Source: Psilocybe cubensis (Eukaryota). From it: a DNA stretch of 64,000 nt. Of the stretch, positions 1-14,404 are shown in pieces. The stretch's first letter is position 1. The number at the start of each line of letters is the position of its first letter. Under the pieces are notes generated by a model. It was not told the origin of the DNA, made no database searches, and saw nothing but the letters and a program-made list of their open reading frames with translations. A program made the position numbers and the translations under genes. The DNA lies in assembly GCA_017499595.2 (NCBI GenBank), contig CM039003.1:1674001-1738000 (forward strand), given 5' to 3'.

Positions 1-3000
1 TGGCTAATGACCGTGATGCTGCATTGGCGATTACAGTGTTAGCCAGATTCTGGATAGCGGTAATCGTTTCAATCTCTGGTTCAGATATTGGGAGTAGAAG
101 CCGATTATCGGGTTTACTGGGTGTCGTGGCCTTCCATGGGGGTAACTGCAGACCCTTTCATCAACGAAGTCACAAAGCAAGCGATTAAATTACTTACAAA
201 GATAAATCTGTCAATGTCGGCTGGAATACAGAGTCCTGTAGGCATCCCAAGAGGAGACAAAGTTGCTTCCCAATTATAATCATCAAGGATTTCAGCACCT
301 TGAGATGTAGATGAAATAAGGCCCAGGATGAAGAAACACGTTCTAGTGGCTGCGTTAGCAACAGTTAGATATTTCATGGGATCGAACACACCCTCTGACC
401 GAAGGAATGGGAGAATTTTCTGCAATTTCTAGAATGGCTGGTATGATTTCTTCTTCTTCGCAGAAGTGCAGACCTCCTTCGGTTGCACCCACATTGCCCT
501 GCATTACGTGAGCATCAATGTGATTAGGAAACATGTATACATACTACTGCCCACAAGATACTCTTCAGCTTGAGAATAAGGTCTACATCTTCGTTTTCGT
601 GACTGTGATGCTTGATAAATTGTGCAAATTCCGAAAAGTGGCCCTTCTCTTGGAGAACCTGGCACCCGAGTTCGGTCTTGGCCATTTCTCCGTAGAAATG
701 AGCGGGAACTGTTCCATCAAACTCACTGGGGTATTCTAAGTATTTGTGTTTCAAACCTAATAACAACGGTCGACTCACAGAAGATCATCGGCGTCGTCAG
801 AGTTTGAAAGATTGAACACCTTTGAAAGAAAGACCTCCACTTCTACAACGTAATCAATGTTGCGTTCCTAATTCAAAATGTAAATTATTAGTCGTTAAAG
901 AGTACCTTCAACGTCCGCTTACGTTGAACCAAGATTCCATTTCCCGGTCAATATATCCTGCGTCATATAAGTAACGGAAGCCCATAGGTGTAGACATAAA
1001 TCTGAAGTCGTTATAATGAGCAATTTGATGAAATGGTCAAGGGAAACACACACTTCAGCAATAGTCGATGGCCAATGTCGCCTAAATGGTCCATCGTAGG
1101 CTGCATCTCAACCACTAATTGCAGAATTTCTTTCGAGTCACAAGCTTCTTCCAGATACTCTACTGCGAGTTCGCAGACTTCAGGGGCAGGGTCGTACAGT
1201 TGAGTCAGGAGAAGGCGCAATGTCCAAGCGTTTGCATTTGGAGATGATCTGATTAAGGAACCTAGATGCTTCGTCGCATACAATCTGATATGCTGTGCAA
1301 AGATTACAGACTGGCTTTCAGGCGCGAATAAGTGCAAGTACCTTGTAGCTTGAAGTAAGGGCTTTGGATAACACTATCCGAGGATGTCCATCACTGAAGA
1401 AGAGATATGAAGAAGGGACGCTGAACAAGTCCAAGGTTTACGCACATGCTATAATCCAGGTTCTCGATAATGCCTTTAATCAAGTCTTCCCTACTTCTAA
1501 GTTCGCTCAGATGGTAAAATGCGGTAAACACTTTGAATTTCTCCAAAAGCCTTGAAAACAATTCAAACACGGAGCATTTGGGAAACAGGTAGACGTACTC
1601 AATGCCATCTTTAAATTTGCTCAAAGTGCCGAGCATTTCCAGGTAACCATAGGTAAGTGTCTCAGCCACGCGCTTTTTGGAGAAGATTGGATCAGAGTCT
1701 GGTACTCCATTAAACTAATGAATGTGTCAGACAACTTGCCATCTGCAAAGTCAGTGACTTACAGGATCTAGCTGAGCGAAACTCTTGACTATCTGAGTCA
1801 AGAACTGATCTTCTGTTGAAAGATATCTGACACCATCAGGGCTTGCCATTAGAGTTGTTAGCAGGGAGCACCCTAGGCGCACCCAGCGTGTGCTTGCCTT
1901 ACATCATCTTTCAGAATCAAACACAAGTTAGATTTACACAAGCTTACCCGCGTCCTTTTTATGTCGGAGAACCTGTGACTGAAAGGGTGGAAAAAGGACA
2001 TCAGCCGTCGAACGAATCTTGACACTTTGATGGCCTCTTCCATCCGCTTGGGATTCAGCAAAGGACCTTCGATGAGTTCTTGCAAGGTATCAAAATTCCA
2101 TTTCAAATGATCTTTTGTGGTCATGACCTATAGAAATGAGGCATGATTATGTCAGGAACTAGATTTCGAAACATACCAGAGTTTCCAACAGTGAAGCTTG
2201 GAAGGTTTTATCATCCATTTGCATGCTCATTTTAAGTTTGACTTGCTCTACTTGTCTTTGACCGCGGCGAACGGCATCTTCAACCGAGTTGGCTCTGTAA
2301 AGAATTAACAGATTGCAATGCAACAGTATGCGGTCAATTCTTGCCTTTGTCGAGATCCCTTAACAGGTGGATTAGGTTCCAATCGCGTTCTGTTGCGGTT
2401 AAAGCTATCAATTGCCGACAATGCTGTCGTGCCTACTATCCGGTTCTCTCCTTGTTTGTAGTCTGTTGCCATTAAAAAAACATCCGGCATAGCCTGAAAA
2501 GATGAGAATCACGATAATATATGCATATGTATAAGCCAACATACTTGAATTTTAGCTGCCAGTGACAGTGGAAGAACACGGTTTGCCATTGCTAAAACTT
2601 CTGCCATTAATAATGTCGCCTTTCGAGTTAAATTGGTGCCTGTCGTTGACTCTTCCAGCATCGCCGTAAGAGCCTATTTGCTTCAGTTTAAAGAATATAT
2701 TCGCCAACAAGGAGCTCACTTGAAGCAATCCAGCTTTTGTTAGTATGGCGACAAGCAGTGCAAGATATTGATCCGTTAGTTTCAGGGTTTGAGTGTTTCT
2801 TTCGATATCGGGTTGGTAGTCAGCAGCATCCCTTGACTTTCTGTACACTGGATGTCGAAACGATTATTAGGCGCTCATGACAAACCAAAAGGAAAATTTC
2901 TACTGGTTAAACGTCTTCCGTCAATAAAAGTTTGGTACCAAGCCGGTGTCTTGATATTCAGAAGATCAAAAAACATGTCCAGAATGATTTCCTGAAGAAA

Positions 3001-4848
3001 ACTAGATGAATGCCCAAAGTATGATTTCAATGACATCACTTACACGAGTCTCAAGAGAGGGTATCTGAAGGGTATTGATAAGAGAACGTATAGCCCGCAT
3101 ATCATCCGCACAGTAAAACATTAGTCCTTAAAGAAAACCAGTGAATTATGACGAAATCGGAAAGTAAAAGAGCCGTACCGCTCCATGTCCGCAGCATTAG
3201 CTGCACAACCTTAGCACAACTTCTCATACGATCAGCATGATCTGGACCCTTTCCATACGCGTCTGTTATCGCAGTCAATGCGAGCTGGAGGGTGTTACGG
3301 AGGGGATTTTACGTTAAGTACAAATGAGACATACCTCCAAGTCACTTCCAACTTGAAGATAAGCACGAGTCCTTGGAGAATCCACCAGGTGTAAAAACAC
3401 GGAAGCCAAGATTGGAGTTATTTCGACAGGACCCTCTCCAAGGACGTGGAGCAAGAATCGTATTACGTCCGTCCTTGCAGCAAGGTCGATATCAATGATC
3501 ACTGAAGACAGTTTTAATGATTACATGAAGTAACAAGAAGGATAACGTACAAATTTCGGCGAGTGTCTGAATACAGATAAGGCGGAAAGGATCTTCTGGA
3601 TGTTCTGCAACAGCGACAACAGAGCGTACAACGGTTTCGGATAGTGGCACGATTCCTGGCCCACTTTTGGTTTCTGAATCGCGTCGCGTTGTGCCGACCT
3701 CAACAATAGCGCGAATCAGTTTAAGTGCCTGTTCCTTTTCTACTGCATGTTTATTATCACGGAGAAGTGTCCTAAGTAACATCAGAAACAGTTAAGGTAG
3801 CAATAGGATGACGTACTTTAGAAAATACCAGTCCAACGATACACCTAAGCGCGTTACAGTTTCTTCGTCGACGAGAGAGTAGCGAACGACTCTATACGCT
3901 GCAGCACGACACTGCTTGGAGCATTTGTCTGCAAAACAAGGCAGGATGCTGTTCGCTGTTAGAAACTTCACGAATTACAAAGACGGATATGTAGTAAACA
4001 TACGCGTGGAGAACTTCCCCGAAGTCTAGTTCGTACCGTACGCGCATATTTCGCCGAAGAATATCAATAAGTTTCCCCATGATTTCAATTCTTTGGTGGC
4101 TTAAATCATTGGGAGCTGACTGATTGGATTTAGACGAGGAGGAAGATGGCAACGGTGAGGACTGTGATGACTCTGAACGGGTAAGAGATTCTAGATCCCT
4201 TATGTGATTTGTCGCATTCTGGAGTGCAGTCCTAAAATCTTCGCCGCCTAGTGAAGTATATAATAAGGTGGTGGTTCATTAAGATTGTCCCGATTGACAA
4301 ACCTTTATCGTCGAGTTTGACACCTGTAGCGGAACCATTTGGCGTTCTACCTTTCCGTTTTGCCCGTAGCCGGGAGGTCTCTTGTATGAAGTTTATGAAT
4401 TTTAGCAATTAGTAGTTTGTTTCTGCGGCACAATGACTCACGTATCTCAATTCTCTTCGTTATCGCACTTATTTTACTCTTCGCCGTTTCCAATTCAGAT
4501 TCCACTTGAAACCGCGGAGTATCCTACATATATTGTCATAAGATATACGACAGAAGAATACAGTTTGACTGACAGGAAGGCCCATGTTTAACAAATTCTC
4601 AGCTCCCTCTTTTATTCGATTCTCCAACACCAACTGTCTGTTCAGGAGGTCTAGCTACTGTCGTATAAGTAGTCTGCACTGAATCGAATGTAGGTAATGC
4701 TTACCTGCTCCGCTGGTGGCTTTCCTTCCAGTTGAGCAAATGAGAACACAGGTTCTCCACCGGGAGAATTTACCAAGGTCGATGTTATTGAGGTAGAAAG
4801 CACATTAGACGAGGTATGAGACGGTATGGCCAGATGAGTGACGGGCAT
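1..4848 (-). CDS. AVO3: TORC2 subunit Rictor/Avo3 (Ste20/Tsc11), multi-exon, 3' end beyond window
   Basis: ATG at 4848. N-terminal HR1-like exon (LNRQLVLENRIKEGAENLL). Rictor-type exon peptides: VEKEQALKLIRAIVE, IRLYATKHL...LLLTQLYDP, VPAHFYGEMAKTELGC, LKLKSILWAV, RTCFFILGLISSTSQGAEILDDYNWE. Confidence 0.92.
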
Positions 4849-5158
4849 CGTGAAATGTGAATGATGGATAGAGCCCCGAAGTATGAGTGTTTTGTTTAGA
4901 TTTTTGTTTGTTGAACTACGCTTCAAGAATATTGGACCCTATAAATTGTGGCAAAAGTCCGGTGTGTTAGCTGAGTGAGCAGAGTGCTAACGAACATCGA
5001 TGATGTGCGCCGAGCGTCCTGTGCCTCCCCCCGGAATGGCAATTCCTCTCAAGCCGCTGCTCGGCCCGAGCAATGACTCTCTAAAGCAAATAAAGACAAA
5101 TCATAACCCGCGTTCTAACCGTTGGCCAAGGAAGAGGCTACCATCTATTGCTATCATT

Positions 5159-5899
5159 ATGTCTCTGCTGCGGGTTGGTACTTCCGTGGCTTCAGTATCA
5201 CGAAGAATTGTGGGGAAAGCTCCTCCACGGATCTCGCGAGGCGTCGCGACAGAAGCGCCCACCGTTGTAAGGAAGGAAGAGGAGAAGTCGGGAGACATCG
5301 CTGTTCAACCTACTCGGGATGTCCTGGTTGCGGATGTCATCAGCGGGGCTCCAAGTGCTTTTTTTCTGCAATGTTCTCTCTGCGTCACTGATGTAAATAT
5401 ATAGATGAGCTGCGCCACCGCTCTGTGCGCATATACCAACCCACTCGCAACACCATGCAGTCCGGCTCAGGAAAGTCGGAACGGTGGCGCATTGACTTCG
5501 ATACTTTAGCAGGTGCTGGACGCTGGGAGAATCCTCTCATGGGCTGGGCTAGCTCGTCAGTTCATTAGGATAGTATGCGACAGATCCATGAACTAACCAT
5601 TGACAATACAGAGGAGATTATATGCAGGGCACCCGTTTGTCTTTCCGAAGCAAAGAGGATGCCATGCATTTTGCTGAGAAACAAGGTATTTTCTTTATTT
5701 GCTATTCTGAAATACTGTTTGCTCACTTTGTTTTAGGTTGGGACTACTATGTGTATGTATAAATTACCCCACATATAGTGTTCTTTGACTGATATATGCA
5801 TACAGGCAACAAGAAACCGTCAAGCGCATTCCTCCCAAGAACTACGCAGAGAACTACGTCTACAAACCACACACTCTCAGAATAATGAGAACTAAATAG
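5159..5899 (+). CDS. NDUFS4: NADH:ubiquinone oxidoreductase subunit NDUFS4 (18/21 kDa), mitochondrial
   Basis: Arg/Ser-rich presequence. Spliced peptides VRIYQPTRNTMQSG, WRIDFD, RWENPLMGWASS, AMHFAEKQGW, KNYAENY. Stop TAG at 5897-5899. Confidence 0.93.
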
Positions 5900-6458
5900 A
5901 CCTTACTTTACCTATTCGAACAACGTGAAACCTTTACATTGCTTGTGCAGACGAGTGTTTCAGATGCAGCTTTTCGTAACCGCTGACAGACAGCTGCTGT
6001 AGCGGCGTAGCCAACTCGTTCGCCAGAGTTTTTGCGCCACTGGGGTTTAGTGCTGGACCTATAATTTATTTCATAATCTGGGTCCAGAATGTCTGAGAGT
6101 GTAGCAAAGGGGTTTACGTTGGACTTCAAGCTTCAAGGGTTATCAGGTCTGTTATCCAACATGAAGCTATTCCATGCAATTGGAATTCCTCTTGGAGAGC
6201 GACTGTGATTTTGAATAGATACTCAATATACATTATATGGTAGTTTCTGTCAACCCTTTTAATGAAATGACGGAAAATCCTACAACATTAACAGGAGTCA
6301 ACACGTGACAAAGGCACTATGTTAGCCGATCCATTCTTGGTCTAGGAGAAGTACACTGTGCACAAGGCCTGGCTGGTGTCATCTCGCTTCTTTTTCCCGA
6401 CACTCTTGATGCCACCTCTTGTCTGACTCTTTAACATCCAACTATCTTCCTGAAACGA

Positions 6459-9400
6459 ATGGGTGATATTCAGACGCGGCCGTTTTCCAAGAATTACAGG
6501 TTTGATTTGTGGTATTTGAAAGAATACGGGCAGTGGAGCAACTAACTATCTCCTATGTAGTGGTCTAGTGAACCAGTCTGTCATTGCTATTGGCATAACT
6601 GTGCTATGTGTTACCGGCCATGAACTCATGAAGCGACGTCGGAGAGGAAAGGCTCTTGTTGACCCACCTCGAGGCTTGGGAAGTAGAGAATCATGGGAGT
6701 TTGGCTAGTGCGTAAATCCCCCGATTTATGGGCATACTTTCATATCACTCATACTTTCCAATAGCCTCTATCAAGGTCGATCATGGGCAAGGTCAGCCTC
6801 TCCAGCATCTCCATCATAATGCTAGACGTAAGATCGATATCTAATTATGGCCCACTCCAGGTTACCTTCCCCTCCAACGCCTGCTGGTTGGCCGCTTTCC
6901 TGGGTGAAGCAAGTGATTTATTTTCCGGAGGAAAAGCTCAGGGAGCTACGCGGCCTTGACGCCACCATATACATACGCTTCCTTCGTGGATGTTGTAAGT
7001 AGTTGTTAGAACGCATATGGAGCCAGAAGTTCTAATTTTGGGTTGGCAGTCTGGTTCTCCCTGGCACATACCCTGACCACTTTCCCAATTCTATTCCCCA
7101 TTCACGTCGAGTTCTCCGATGATTCTATTTCTCCGAAGTCCATGACCCGGGCATCAATATCATCCCTAGTTGGTACGACCAAGGGATTGTCGTTGCTGTG
7201 GATCCATATATGTTTGTTGTTTTGGGTCACCCTTTCATGGATGGGGACATTGTTCTGGATTTGTAATGGGGCATTTAGACTTCGGGCATCTCAGCTTCGA
7301 GCTGCCGCCCAACGTGCAGAGGAAGTTGCAGCAAATACTAGTGTCGAAGTGGATATGACAAACTATGAACATCCACACCCTCAGTACCCATTCAAAGCCA
7401 CCCCTTCATCTCTGAAAAACGAATCAAACAAGGGACTTCGCCTTCGAACAATAATGGTGTCCAATCTTCCTAGCTCTCTCAGAAACGAAAAAGACCTTCA
7501 AGAATACTTTGAATATTACATGTCGCGCAAGGTCGAAAAGCCATCCATGGGTCTGACATCATCTACACAACCAGGGTTTCTCAACAAGTCGTTTGCCTTC
7601 TTGTTCAATCGGGCCAAGCGACTTCCCGCACATATCCCGAATCCCTTGGCTGGTCGACAGGAACACAGTTCTGAGGATAGCAAAGAGGAGAGGAGAAAAT
7701 CCAAGGGCAATCAAGACTTCCCGATTATCGAACGAGTGGTCGTCGCGCGAAAGATGACTGAACTTGCGTCATTGCTAGCTCGTAGAGAAGAGATACTTGT
7801 ACTCCTTGAAACTGCTCACATCAAGTTGGCCAACAAGGCTTTGTTGGCGGTGAAAGCGGCTATGGAACGTAAACAGGCACACAAGCCAATGCCTCAAATT
7901 ACATCTAGAGCTACAGAAATAGCCAGACAACGTAGGTCGATGGGCGTTGACGCTGAACGAGGTGTTCCTCAAGAAGATGGTGCCTTGGACGAAGAAGAGA
8001 GAATGGAACAACTCATTGAAGTCCTGGGGCCCTTCGTTGAGCAATTTGACACACAGCGCCCACTTTCCACCCGATCAAAGAAAGCGGTATCGAGAGCTTC
8101 GCGACAAGCTTTTAGGAAACTTCGGGCTCACCCATCCGAAGATTCGGACAATTCTGATTCACCGGTCAACAATTATACCTTTGCTTCCTCTAGGAACGTC
8201 CCTGACAATGGAGAGAAGACCATCTGGGATGCATTGTTATCCTTGCCACGGACTAGCCTCGACGCCTATCAACCTCTCGTCAATCTTAGCCATCTATTCA
8301 GAGGGAAGATCGTCCCGTCGATTGACTATTACACCGCAAAGCTCAACCTTTTAACTTCACTAATAACTGAAAATCGCGCAAAAGCTGTCACAGATTACGA
8401 CCCTGTATCAACAGCGTTCGTTACTTTTGCAGACCCTGCAGATGCAAGAAGAGCATGCAAATATCTTGCAGTGCACCCCAATAATCCACTTGCATGCTTG
8501 GTGACTATGGCGCCTGCTTATCATGATATTGACTGGACTAGGGTCATGAAGTCAACTTACAGAGGAGAGGTGGGAGTTTTTTTGATCTTGTGTACCAATA
8601 CATCTCAATTCTTATTTTTTTAATTCAGTTCGTGAAGGATTGGGTTGTCAATATCGGTGTTTGGGGATTTACTTTGTTCTGGATCTTCCCAGTATCACTC
8701 CTTGTCGGTTTGGTGTCGATTCAGAACATCAGTTTGTTTTGGCCTAGTTTGGTAAACACTCTCAATATCGTTTTACCGTCAATCGCTTACAATCTATTTA
8801 GAAATCGTACCTTGACCGACACGCATGGGAAAGTGAAGTTATCCAGTCCTTCATACCCACAATTCTCGTGGCACTGCTGGCCCTTCTTATTCCTCTCATC
8901 CTCCTTCTAATCGCAAAGAAGGCTCACACGATAACGACCCTTTCTGCTCTTCACGACCTCATCATGACAAGATACTACAAATTCTTGATAGTCAATGTCC
9001 TTGTTTTCTTTTGTGTGGGTACTGCAGCCCTGAACTCTTTCCTGAACGTTTTTCGATCTACCGAACGTCCTAATATCATTAATACGGTTGCCTCGAGTTT
9101 TCCTACTGCGGGCCCCTTTTATGTTGGATGGCGTGAGTATTCTTAATATGCCTAAGCGATATTCGAAAACACTTAATATTTTGAAGTTATTTTCACGACT
9201 GCTATGCATGGAGGGTTCGAATTGGCTCTATGTAAGTGGACTTTTGATACATATTTTGGCAGCTGAACAATCTGACCTTCCACATGCAGTCGGGGTATGT
9301 ACTATGCAAAAATATCACCCGGTCAACAACCTTACGCTCGTTTATAGCTACCTTTGATTCTGTACCCCTCCACATCACGACAGGTCACACCGTATGTCTT

Positions 9401-11500
9401 TTATTGGAGATATCGATTTATACAAACCATTGAAATACCTTAGGCGCAAGCGAGCTGTTGGCACACGACCACGCACATTCAATTTTTATTGTACGACCTT
9501 CTGTTTTCTGTATTGCTCAATATCTTATTCTTATTCTCTTTTCAGATTGGTTACCCAATCATACACTAGTCATTCATGTTCTGCTTCTATTTTCAGTTCT
9601 GAATCCATTTGTACTACCATTTGGCGCATTATATTTCTTTATTCAATCTGGTCCGTCTCTACAACTTGTGATTACGTGTCTTTAACTCACCGTCATTGTT
9701 CTTCCCCTCATAGGAGTTGTAAAAAATCAAGTTAGAATGTCATTATCTTGTCATATCACGATACTAAACAATCATTTTTAGCTTATCCATGTATACGCGA
9801 AGAACTATGAAGGGGAAGGCCGTGTACTTATCATCCGAATCATTCGGTACACGCTCGATGGTATGTCTACCTCTAGCAAATATCTGGCAAAACTATCTTA
9901 ACAATCACAAATTAGGTCTGATATTGTCCCAAGTATGTTGTGGAATCGTGTTGCTGAGGCTCGGTTAATTGATTCTCGACGTAGGCTGTATTTCTTGCAT
10001 ACATGGTCGTCCTCAAAAAAAGTGTGAATGTCGGACTGGCGGGATTTTTAATTGTGTTTACGGTCTTCGTGAAGCTAATGTGAGTTTGACTATATAGCTT
10101 AAACTCCTCCTCACCTAGTAAATCATAACCTACACAGAATGACTCGGATGTGCCGTGCCCAGTTCGAGCACGATGACGTTATTGAGGCCGACATTATTTG
10201 CCATGGTCATCGAGTGGAACCAACGAACACAGAAGATCCTGGATCACTTGAACTCATCAGCAATCCTCACCAACCATTGACTTCGGATGTAATTGACTTT
10301 GGTCGCCCTCAATTATCCGCTCTTACTTGGAAACTGCCTGCCTGGGTGAATTTCTCGTACAAAACAATGAATCGGAGAGGACCTCGAGTGCAGCGGAGAG
10401 GAGAAAATCCTTTTAGGCTCCCTCAGGACAAGGAAGACTCAGAACAACCACCATCCACTGCCGTGACGACCCCCACTGTAAGACTCATAAGTGCCCCATC
10501 TACCGTGCATACGTCTAAAGAAGAAGGGACATCGAGCGCTGTCAACACTAGACCTGATGGTTATCCGTGGGACACTCAACGACATCATCGCTCCGACAGC
10601 ATACCATCGCCCGGACCTGTTGTTAAATGCCCACCCCCCATACCATGGGATGATCAAGATCCTATGGATTTACCATATGATAATCCATATTATACCAAGT
10701 CCATTGAAAATGTATTATGGCTGCCTAGGAACCCCATGGGAATTCTCGACTTGGATGATACCGTTTACCTCAAGTGCTCAATACCCGTAGAAGTCTCCGC
10801 AGGACGCCTCGGCACTTGGCTCGGGCTGGGGGAGACAGCTTCGCCAGATGAACTCTCACAAATCTCTCAGCAACCCTCACCGCCTGAAAACGGACCACGC
10901 TCTCCTAGTATACTGCATACCGCACTACCAACATTACCGGATGTCGACGGTACTGAGGATATCGACTTACCCTTTGGCATTGCCAAACGCGTCAAAGCCA
11001 AGGAAACTGATATAGAAAACACTCTCCGTCCGAGAAAATCATCTATGTTCCTTCGCAAAGCCAGTGGCGACAAAGCCAGCATCGCCAGTGCATCGATTCG
11101 CCAGCGACGTCCCTCCATTCTTGATCGCACTCCTAATCTATCTCCCTATCAAGCCCAACCAGGCCGAGCTCGATCTGCCTCCGTCCTCTCGGCGTTCCCT
11201 CTTCCGTCGTCTTCTGCAGTGGAGCGGGCCCACACTCAAGATGAAGTGGGCGTCCGCCCAGACGCACATGCACAGGCAGATTTTATTGCGGCTAACAATT
11301 CCTCGTCTCATGTTTCTCTACCATTACCCAAAATATCTCGAAGCCAGAATGTTTCTGCTGCCCAAGCCATCTACCACGAGGTCTTGGAAGAAGAGCGACA
11401 AGCACTGCATGAACGCATAGAAGAGGAAACGCTTGAAGCAACGCAAATGCAAACTTCAAAATCTTGGCTTACTTCATGGGCATTCAAGAAAACGGAATGA
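6459..11500 (+). CDS. OSCA/TMEM63/CSC1 (RSN1, DUF221) family Ca2+-permeable mechanosensitive channel
   Basis: Motifs RGLDATIYIRFL, RTIMVSNLP, TAFVTF, MAPAYHDIDW, YYKFLIVNVLVFF, YSVLNP-like FSVLNPFVLPFG, KNQLIHVY. Many TM exons and a ~450-aa single-exon cytosolic tail. Confidence 0.9.
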
Positions 11501-12279
11501 AAAGCAATGTACTGATATGCAATCTTGTTTATATATTTAAGGTTGTTGCGGATTTGATACCCTCAGAAACTTATAGACTATTTACATAATGTACACTGTA
11601 TCATAATTGATTTTACAATACACCCTTGGACTCAGGATCGGAGTGTTCGAAATACCTTGGAAATAATACCATACCTAACGTGCGGAAGGAACTGCACACA
11701 AAATTATTTTCCCTTACCAACGAATGGAAAAGCCTTGTCAGCCGCACCGATGTGTATGGGTCAAAATGATACCGCGAAGGACCGCAAATTCACGTTGTCG
11801 GAACTGGAGCAGAGCTACGCCAAGATCATAGTCTGAATTCAAAGTAAATCAACGCTATGGTATGGCAGAGCATCATAGAACAAGCTTTCTAAAAACCATT
11901 ACTCTTGTCAATAATTTAGGAATCTGAGTTGAATCTGAGCAAAACCTGAGTTGCTGAGTGAGTGGTGGCAGTGCTATGTTTAGCCTCCATTTGGGCGTCC
12001 AAACACAGGCTTAGTCAGCAAGCGTCTATTGTATTCTGGCGACCCGACATCCGCTAACAATGTGAACCCGCCATTGTATTGTCTATGCGTTTACCTCTTT
12101 TCCCTTGACAACCTATATATGCGCGGCAGGGTTGTGGTCTATATAATCCTGTATGTCTTCTTTTCTATATCTTTTTTTACCCCACCCGCTAGCCCCGTTA
12201 TCATCTCTTTTCTCTTCTTTTACTAGATCGGCTGTGCCGTTCAGCTTTTCTTCTTTTTAAATCCTTTTCTGCGTTCAAA

Positions 12280-14404
12280 ATGTACATTCGCTCATTTTTG
12301 TTACTTTTCATCACTGTCTGTTATACCGTTAAAGCATCTACCATCCCGATACGAAGAATCAGATTGCCTCCGAATATCGAACGATCATCGAGCGAGAACT
12401 ACGAGCTCAAACGACGACATGCCAGGGCTTTCGCAAAGAGACAAGATGCCATTAACCTTTTTCCAACTCCTACTTCATCGATAGTGTCCTCTGAGACCCC
12501 ACAACCTTCTGAAAGTTCGACCGTTGATCCAACCGCCCAAGCTTCTCAACTGCCTACAGACGCAAACAGTCCCAGGAAATATGTTGTGGCTCATCACATG
12601 GTCGGAAACACATTTCCGTATACTGTCCAGGACTGGGCGGACGATATAGCTCTTGCACATGCCTCGGGCATAGATGGCTTTGCGTTGAACATGGGAATAG
12701 ACGACTGGCAGCCGGATCGAGTTTCCGACGCGTACGTCTATTCTTGTTAATTCTTATTAATTACAAAGTATTCTGAATGTTGAATTTCGTGTAGTTATAC
12801 AGCAGCGCACCAGTCAAACCTCGACTTCAAATTATTCCTTTCCCTTGACATGTCGTAAGCTTTCAACCTTGTAATGTTAAATATGTCGACAGAACATTCA
12901 TACAACGCGTTTTTTTTATCTAGGTCGTTCCCTTGTGCATCTCCCAATGATGCTCAGGCTTTGCGCGATCTTGTCAACGCCCACGCCTCTCATCCGAACC
13001 AACTGCAAATAGATTCCAAAGCTTTCGTTTCCACTTTTGCTGGAGAGGCATGCAATTTTGGGCAGGGCAGCACCGCAAATGGATGGAAAACCCAATTTAC
13101 TCAGCATCCAGATTTACAAGGGAAAATCCACTTTGTTCCTTCCTTTTTCATCGACCCCGCTACCTTCAAAGACTTCGCGGATGTCATGGATGGCGATTTC
13201 AACGTACGTTGACTTTTAAACTCCAAACAGGATGAAACGCTTACTTTGTCGCAGTGGAATTCAGGATGGCCGATTCAGGTTACCACTTCTTTTGCCCAGA
13301 GTGCTGAGGCCTCCCATTCTGCAAGTGAAAGCGCGTCTGGATCTTCTGGTCTTTTGGGCATCGTGACAGGTGCACCTATCAGTGCCCTCACCAGCTCCCT
13401 AGAAAGTAAATTGGAAACTGCTGTCGCCTCTGTTCTAAGCAAGCTTCAATTGGCGTTAACAAAGTTTATTGGTGCCACTGAAACCGATGATCAGCACCTG
13501 GCTGGTCTTGCCGCCCTTTCTGGTGCACTCCAGGCGCGAGATGGGTCATCATCAAAGAAAACTTATATGGCTGCTGTCTCTCCTTGGTTCTTCACGCATT
13601 ATGGCCCAGATTCCTTCAACAAGAATGTGTGTTCGAATTTGCGCGTATCTGCTTTCCCTATTAACGTTAATTGTTTCTAGTTTGTTTTCTTGTCCGACCA
13701 ACACCTTTATTCTAAGCGATGGGATTCACTTATTAGTCAACGTGATCAGTTCGATGTTGTGCAGGTCATCACATGGAACGATTACGGAGAGTCGCATTAT
13801 ATCGGACCCATCAAAGGTGACCAGCCTAACAGCCAGGCGTGGACTAATGGCATGAACCATACAGGTAGGTAATACAACTATTCTGCAGATCTCACCAAAC
13901 TGAACATATGCATAGCTTGGCTTGATCTAACCCAGTACTATGCCACTGCATTCAAGACTGGCCAATATCCCACCATCGAGAAGGACAAAATTGTGATGTG
14001 GTCTCGGCCTCACTCTACCAACGCGCAAAGTTCGGATCCTGTCCCTCAACCAACCAACTTCGAGATCGTGAGTCTGTCCACTGGTTGCGTCGTTTTCTTA
14101 ATTATCTTAATATGCATTTTCTTTCTTTAAGTTTGAAGATATTGTTTGGGCTGTTGTTATGACAACTGCGCCATCCAACGTCATCCTCTCCACATCCCCT
14201 ACCAACTCTATGACCTTTGAGGTCCCAGCTGGCGTTTCCAAACTCGCGATTCCTATTACACCAGGTGGAACGATGAAGGGTGTTATCCAGCGCGACGGAC
14301 AGACTGTCGTTGAGCTAGCGCCAACTGCTGATGAATTTACGTTCCAGGGGAGCCCACAGACATATAATTTCAATGCATTCGTGGCTAGCGCCACTGCAGA
14401 CTGA
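12280..14404 (+). CDS. Secreted glycoside hydrolase family 71 alpha-1,3-glucanase (copy 1)
   Basis: Signal peptide. Motifs VVAHHMVGNT, DIALAHASGIDGFALNMG, YMAAVSPWFFTHY, ITWNDYGESHYIGP. C-terminal beta domain ending YNFNAFVASATAD. Confidence 0.95.
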
